This document shows positions 54,149-64,000 of a DNA stretch of 64,000 nt, in pieces. Origin of the DNA: an uncultured Gammaproteobacteria bacterium (lineage in GTDB: Bacteria; Pseudomonadota; Gammaproteobacteria; UBA9214); assembly GCA_963773065.1 (NCBI GenBank), contig CAVYZN010000006.1, positions 192,001 through 256,000 on the forward strand, written 5' to 3'. Below the pieces are notes generated by a model that was not told where the DNA came from, made no database searches, and worked only from the letters and a program-made list of their open reading frames with translations. A program made the translations under genes and the position numbers. The stretch's first letter is position 1. Every line of letters begins with the position of its first letter.

Positions 54149-55028
54149 ATGCCTGATATCACGGCATTTCAGCAGCGGCTCGATGCCGCCGGCTACATCG
54201 CGGACGAGAGCCTGGCCGCGACTCTGCTGCTGCTGACGGAGCTGCGCCGTCCGCTGCTCCTGGAAGGCGAGGCGGGGGTCGGCAAGACCGAGGTGGCCAA
54301 GACGCTCGCCCGGGTGTTTCGCCTGCCCCCTCATCCGCCTGCAATGCTACGAGGGCCTGGATACCAATTCCGCGGTGTACGAGTGGAACTACCAGCGTCA
54401 GTTGCTCGCCATCAAGATACAGGAAACGCAGGCGTATCCGGCGCAGGAGCGGGAGCGGCATATCTTCAGCGAGGCCTTCCTCCTCAAGCGGCCGCTGCTG
54501 CAGGCGATCACCCTGCCGGAATCACCCGTGCTGCTGGTCGACGAAATCGACCGCGCCGATGAAGAGTTCGAGGCCTACCTGCTGGAGCTGCTGTCCGACT
54601 TCCAGATCAGCATCCCCGAACTCGGCACGATCCCGGCCACGAGCATTCCCTATGTGGTGCTCACCTCCAACGGCACGCGCGAGCTGAGCGATGCCCTGCG
54701 GCGGCGCTGCCTGTACTACTATGTCGATCATCCCTCGCCCGAGAAGGAGCTGCGCATCGTCCGCCGGCATCTGCCGCAGATCGACCAGGACCTCGCCCGG
54801 CAGATCGTCGCCTTCGTGCAGGCATTGCGCGCGCTGGAGCTGCGCAAGAGGCCGGGCATCGCCGAAACCCTGGACTGGGCGGCGGCGCTGCTGCGCCTGG
54901 ATATCCGCGACCTGGCGCAGGACCCGCGGCGCATTCTCGATTCGCTCGCCTGCCTGCTGAAGACCCGGGAAGATCGCGCCGCGGTCGACGCGGACGTGAT
55001 CGGGCGCGTGATCGCGGGCGCCGGATGA
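54149..55028 (+). CDS. coxD: CoxD MoxR-family AAA+ ATPase (frameshift ~54320)
   Basis: GEAGVGKT, RLQCYEG, YEWNY, DEIDRAD, LSDALRRRC. Confidence 0.9.
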
Positions 55029-56222
55029 TCCCCATGGGCGAACCCCGCGCCAACCTGAACCCGCCGCCTGCCGCGCCGGAGTCGCCGGTCGCCGCGCTGC
55101 TCGGGTTCACGGGCATGCTGCGCGACAACGGCTTTTCCCTCGGACTGCGCGAGCAGATCGACGCGCTGTCGGTCGTCAGAGCGAGCGGCATCCTGAACCT
55201 CCAGCGCCTGCGCTGGGGTCTGCGCAGCCTGCTGTGCACGACCCGCGAGGAATGGCGGCGCTTCGATCCGCTGTTCGATGCCTACTGGTTCGCGGCGAAC
55301 CGCGCGCTCCGGACGCGGGCCGCGGGCGGCGGCCGCGTCGATACCCGAAGCGGGGCGGATACCGGCACGGAGCCGCGACGACAGGGCGACCGACGTCGAC
55401 CGGGCCGGCGCGGGACCGGGTGTGGACGAGGCGCACGGCGCGGCGGCCCGGGGCGGCGCCAGTCCCCGGGAGGCGCCCGGCCGCCTGGATTTCCGCTTCC
55501 TCTGCGATGCCCGGCAGATGCACGAAATGGAGCGCCTCGCGGAACGGCTCGCCCGGCGCATGCGGCGCCGCCAGTTGCGCCGCCTGCGCCTCTCGCGGCA
55601 GGGGCGGCGCATCCACATGCGGCGCACCATCCGCAAGAGCCTGCGCTACGGCGGCACCCCGCTGGAACTGGCCTTCAAGCAGCGGCGCCGCCAGCGGCCG
55701 CGGCTGATCGTGCTGCTCGATGTCAGCCGCTCCATGAGCCTGTACAGCTACCTGTTCCTGCGCTTCGCGCGCGGGCTGGTCGACGCGTTCCGGGATGCCG
55801 ATGCCTTCGTCTTCCACACCCGGCTGGTGCAGGTGACGCAGGCGCTGCGGGAGCGTGATACCCGCAAGCTCAAGGAGAAACTCACGCTGCTGTCGGCGGG
55901 CTGGTCGGGCGGCACCCGCATCGGGGAATGCCTGCAGGCCTTCAATCGCGATCACGGTGCGCGCCTGGTCACTTCGCGCAGCATCGTGATCATCGCGAGC
56001 GACGGCTTCGATACCGGTCCCGCGGAGGTGCTTGCCGGGCAGCTCGCCCGCATCCGGCGGCGGGCCCGGAAGATCGTCTGGCTGAACCCGCTGCTGGGAC
56101 GCACGGGCTACCAGCCGCTCGCCGCCGGCATGCAGGCGGCGTTGCCCTGGATCGATGTGTTCGCGCCGGCCCACAACCTGGACAGCCTGCTGGCGCTGGA
56201 GCCCGAACTGATGAATCTGTGA
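55025..56222 (+). CDS. coxE: CoxE vWA-domain protein (frameshift ~55345)
   Basis: LLDVSRSM, FHTRL, WSGGTRIG, SDG, WLNPL. Confidence 0.9.
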
Positions 56223-56244
56223 GCCACGGGTGAGGGGAGATGCC

Positions 56245-57248
56245 ATGATCGATAGCGATGCCGTGCTGGACACCGCCTACCGCCTCAAGTCGGCGGGAGT
56301 ACCCTTTGCGCTCGCCACCGTCGTGCGCTGCGAGTCGCCCACCTCCGCCAAACCCGGGGCGAAGGCCGTGATCGAACCGGACGGCACGATACACGGCTGG
56401 ATCGGCGGCGGCTGCGCCCAGCCGGCCGTGGTCAAGACGGCCCGACAGGCGATCGCGGACGGCCTGCCGCGCCTGATCCGCATCAGCCCGGAACGCGGCG
56501 AACCCGTCGAGAGCGGCATTGTCGAATACGGTATGAGCTGCCACAGCGGCGGAACGCTGGATATCTTCATCGACCCGGTCAACTCGCGCCCTGCCCTGGC
56601 GATCATCGGCGCCTCGGCCGCGGCGCAGGCGCTATGCGCCCTCGCGTCCCGGATGGGGTTCGCGGTGACGGCCGTCTGCCCCGGTGCAAACAGGGAACTC
56701 TTCCCGGAGGCGGAGCAAACGATCGACGGCCTCGAATCTGCCGCAGGCGTTGCGCGACCGGCGGCCCTTCGTCGTGGTCTCGACCCAGGGCCGGCGCGAC
56801 GAGGAGGGACTGGAGGCGGCGCTGCGCAGCGGTGCGCCGTCCATCGCGTTCATCGCCAGCGAACGCAAGGCCGCGAAGCTCAGGCAGTACCTGCTGGAGC
56901 GCGGCCATGACGGCGCCCGGGTGGAGGCCATCGTCTCGCCCGCGGGCATCGAGATCGGCGCGGTGACGCCGGAGGAGATTGCCCTCTCGGTGCTCGCCGG
57001 CCTGGTACGGGCGCGAAGAAGCCCGGTGGAGGCGGAACCCGCCGGGGCGCAGGCGACGGCCGCGGCGGCACCGGAAACCGCCGCGCAGGCCATCGACCCG
57101 GTGTGCGGCATGTCCGTCGATATCGCCACGGCGGCGTATCGCGACCGAGCACGCCGGCCAGAGGTACTATTTCTGCTGTGCGCACTGCCAGCACAGTTTC
57201 GAGCAGGCGCCGGAGCGCTATCTGGCTGCGGCGCGGGAGACACCGTGA
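56245..57248 (+). CDS. coxF: XdhC/CoxF-family maturation factor with C-terminal YHS domain (frameshifts ~56745, ~57140)
   Basis: GWIGGGC, MSCHSGG, PAGIEIGAVTPEEIA, then DPVCGM...YYFCCAHC. Confidence 0.85.
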
Positions 57249-57868
57249 CGAGCGTTTCGGCCATCCTGCTTGCCGCGGGCGAGTCCCGCCGCATGGGCGC
57301 AATGAACAAGCTCGCGCTCCCCGTCGAGGGCGTGCCGCTGCTGCGCCGTACGGCCCAGACCCTGCTCGCCTCGGGACTGCGGGAGGTAGTCGCCGTGCTG
57401 GGCCATGAGGCACAAATCATGCGCGGGCTGCTCGCCGGCCTGCCGCTGCGGCTCATCGAGAATCCCCGCTACCGGGAAGGACAGATGAGCTCCGTTCATT
57501 GCGGCCTCGACGCCCTGCCGGGTCCCTGCGACGGGGTGATGATCTGCCTTGCCGACCAGCCGCTGCTGACGCCGGCGGATATCGACACGCTGATCGAGGC
57601 CTTTGCGCGCCGCCCGCGGGGCGACATTCTGGTACCGACCTACGCCGGCCGGCGCGGCAATCCCATCGTGCTGGATTTTGCGCAGCGCGCCGCCATCCTC
57701 GCCGGCGAGCGCAACCTGGGCTGCCGGCACCTGATCGAGCGCATGCCGGAACGGGTGACGACCTGCGCGATGCCGGACGACCACGTGGTGTTCGATCTCG
57801 ATACTCCCGGGGACTACGCGGCATTGCAGGAGCGGCTGGCGGGAGAAGGCGAGCGGCTGGCGGTTTGA
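57245..57868 (+). CDS. molybdenum cofactor cytidylyltransferase (MocA-like)
   Basis: ILLAAGESRRMG..NKL, LADQP, GNP, DLDTP. Confidence 0.88.
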   Translation: MTSVSAILLAAGESRRMGAMNKLALPVEGVPLLRRTAQTLLASGLREVVAVLGHEAQIMRGLLAGLPLRLIENPRYREGQMSSVHCGLDALPGPCDGVMICLADQPLLTPADIDTLIEAFARRPRGDILVPTYAGRRGNPIVLDFAQRAAILAGERNLGCRHLIERMPERVTTCAMPDDHVVFDLDTPGDYAALQERLAGEGERLAV

Positions 57869-57894
57869 TGTCCGGGTGACAGGGGAAGGTGAAC

Positions 57895-58716
57895 ATGGCC
57901 AAAGAGATACTCGATGTCCTGCTGGAACTGCGCGCACAGGGGCGGCCCTGTGCGCTGGCCACGGTCGTGGAAACCCTGGGTTCGGTCTCCGCCAAGACCG
58001 GCGCCAAGGCGGTGATCGACCAGGAGGGCAGGGTCGTGGCCGGCTGGGTCGGGGGCGGTTGCGCGGAATCCACGACCTGCCAGGCCGCGCTCGAATGCCT
58101 GAAGAGCGCGAGCACCACGGTCATCGACATCGACCTCAATGACGAAGTGCTGGGTGCCGGGATGCCGTGCGGCGGCAGCATGCGCGTCTATGTCGAGCCC
58201 ATATTGCCCGGGCCGGCGCTGTGGATCATGGGCCACGGGCGCGTCGCGGAGTGCCTGTGCCAACTGGGGGATCTGCTCGGCTTTCGCGTCATCGTCAACG
58301 ACCCCATCGTCGACCGGGAACACTACCCGGCCGCGGCGCGCCTGATCACGGATGACATCGATTACCGGCAACTGCAGCCGGCGGCCGGCGATTACGTGGT
58401 GATCGCCACGCAGCACCGGGGGGATCATGAATCCCTCAAACAGGCGCTCTCCTCGCCCGCCGGCTACATCGCCCTGATCGCGAGCCGCAAGCGCGCCCGC
58501 CTGGTGCTGGACCACCTGCGCGAGGCCGGCTTCGAGGCGGCGGCGCTGGAACGCGTGATGGCGCCCGCCGGGCTGGACCTCGGCGCGCGCACCCCGGAAG
58601 AAATCGCCCTGTGCGTGATCGGCGAGATGGTGCTCGTCCGCCGGGGCGGCAGCGGCCTGCGCATGCGCGACACGCTGTACGGTGAACAGCGCAGAGCGCG
58701 GGCCGTGGGTCGGTAA
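57895..58716 (+). CDS. second XdhC/CoxI-family protein
   Basis: GWVGGGCAE, GMPCGG, PAGLDLGARTPEEIA. Confidence 0.9.
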   Translation: MAKEILDVLLELRAQGRPCALATVVETLGSVSAKTGAKAVIDQEGRVVAGWVGGGCAESTTCQAALECLKSASTTVIDIDLNDEVLGAGMPCGGSMRVYVEPILPGPALWIMGHGRVAECLCQLGDLLGFRVIVNDPIVDREHYPAAARLITDDIDYRQLQPAAGDYVVIATQHRGDHESLKQALSSPAGYIALIASRKRARLVLDHLREAGFEAAALERVMAPAGLDLGARTPEEIALCVIGEMVLVRRGGSGLRMRDTLYGEQRRARAVGR

Positions 58717-58720
58717 GGCC

Positions 58721-58852
58721 ATGCACGAAGCCGCGCACGATTACCCGCTGCCTGCCGCCGGCTTCAATCCGGAGGCCGTGCGCGCCGATTTTCCGCTGCT
58801 GGCGGAGCACGCGCGGGACGGCGCTGCGTGCTGCTGGCATGGGACGCGGTGA
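58721..58852 (+). pseudogene. N-terminal remnant resembling a SufS-type cysteine desulfurase
   Basis: 43-codon ORF containing FNPEAVRADFPLL, then stop; starts 4 bp after xdhC stop. Confidence 0.5.
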
Positions 58853-58927
58853 ACGCTATACTGACCGAAGGGTCCGGTGGCCGCGGCACGCCAGCGTCCG
58901 CGGCCGGGGCCTCAACGGAGTAAGGCC

Positions 58928-59905
58928 ATGCCCGAGTTGATCGACCCCTACGCCAGAAAGATCGAATACCTGCGGCTGTCCGTCACGGACCGGTGCGACC
59001 TGCGCTGCACCTACTGCATACCGCAGGGGTTTCACGGGTTCGAAAGCCCGCCGCACTGGCTGAGCTTCGACGAGATCGAACGCCTGGTGCGCGTTTTCGC
59101 CCGCCTGGGACTGAGGAAGATCCGGCTGACCGGCGGCGAACCGCTGACGCGCCACAACGTGGCGGAACTGGCCGCCCGGATACATGCCATCGACGGCATC
59201 GACGATCTGTCGCTCAGCACCAACGGCACCCTGCTCGCCAAATACGCCGAGTCGCTGCGTGCAGCCGGGGTGAGCCGCCTGAACGTGAGCCTGGATTCGC
59301 TGCGGCCCGAGTGCTTCGCGCGCACCGCCGGCCGCGACGCACTCGCCGAGGTGCTCGACGGCCTCGAAGCGGCCAGGGCGGCCGGGTTCGCGCCGATCAA
59401 GATCAACATGGTGGTCATGAGCGGCGTCAACGAGGACGAAGTCGACGCCATGGTCGGCTTCTGCAGGGAACGCGGGTTTGTCCTGCGCCTGATCGAGGTG
59501 ATGCCGATGGGCGAGACGGGGCGCAATGCCCACTATATCGATCTGCAGCCCATCCGGCAGCGTCTGGCCGAGCGCTTCGGCCTGGTGGAGGGCCTGGTGC
59601 CCGGCGCCGGCCCCGCCCGCTACCTGCAATCCCCCGACGGGCGCTTCTCGGTCGGCTTCATCACCCCCATCTCCCGGCATTTCTGCGCGACCTGCAACCG
59701 CGTGCGCCTGGCGGTGGACGGCACCCTGTATCTTTGCCTCGGGCAAAACGACAATTACGCCTTCCGCCCGCTGCTGCGCGAGGGCGCGAGCGATGAACAA
59801 CTGGCCGCCGCCGTCGTTGAGGCCATCGGGCGCAAACCGGAGCGGCACGATTTCCGGGAGCAGCCAGGGAAGATCGTCCGCTTCATGAATCTCACCGGCG
59901 GTTGA
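58928..59905 (+). CDS. moaA: GTP 3',8-cyclase
   Basis: YLRLSVTDRCDLRCTYC, LTGGEP, FCATCNRVRL, C-terminal GG. Confidence 0.97.
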   Translation: MPELIDPYARKIEYLRLSVTDRCDLRCTYCIPQGFHGFESPPHWLSFDEIERLVRVFARLGLRKIRLTGGEPLTRHNVAELAARIHAIDGIDDLSLSTNGTLLAKYAESLRAAGVSRLNVSLDSLRPECFARTAGRDALAEVLDGLEAARAAGFAPIKINMVVMSGVNEDEVDAMVGFCRERGFVLRLIEVMPMGETGRNAHYIDLQPIRQRLAERFGLVEGLVPGAGPARYLQSPDGRFSVGFITPISRHFCATCNRVRLAVDGTLYLCLGQNDNYAFRPLLREGASDEQLAAAVVEAIGRKPERHDFREQPGKIVRFMNLTGG

Positions 59906-60098
59906 TGCGAGTCTTCCCTCCTCCCCTCACTGCACGCATCGCCCTCCGCCTCCCGGCCTGTTTGGGCTGTCCCTCACCGCTTGCCTCCGGCTGACATCCA
60001 GTCGGATTGACGCTCCGCCCCGGGTGGACCAGACTGACGTTGAATGAGGTCGTATTTTCTCCGTCTGGCCACTGGAACCACCATGGGTCCCGAGCCGC

Positions 60099-64000
<3,902 letters not shown>

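Noticed and set aside
59906-60098. Possible glutamine riboswitch upstream of gltB
   Set aside because: Only a short CCAGAC/GTCTGG stem; no match to the glnA motif that I can support.

Overview
GC-rich bacterial chromosome segment, probably a gammaproteobacterium (inferred from gene families, not searched). It is dominated by carbon storage and energy metabolism: glycogen genes (glgP, glgX, glgB), a class III PHA cluster (phaR-phaB-phaA-phaP / phaE-phaC) bracketed by a Pat-type acetyltransferase and an HDAC-family deacetylase, a LysR gene divergent from aceBAK, a form I-like aerobic CO dehydrogenase cluster (coxMSL-G-D-E-F, mocA, xdhC, moaA) and gltB. Also present are rph-rdgB-hemW, a FixL-type heme-PAS kinase/REC/REC-PP2C/STAS module, putA and a MacAB-TolC-like exporter. 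The accessory parts are (i) a 13.4-16.0 kb patch holding an integrase-less integron cassette array (TA pair, a hidden HEPN-like gene, a DUF559/Vsr-like nuclease) in which two copies of a small palindromic element sit inside attC sites, (ii) two VPLPA-CTERM surface proteins, one with about 4.4 near-identical 489-bp repeats, and (iii) an IS200 just upstream of coxM. About 20 genes carry single-base frameshifts, most likely sequencing/assembly indels. I saw no rRNA, tRNA or CRISPR array.
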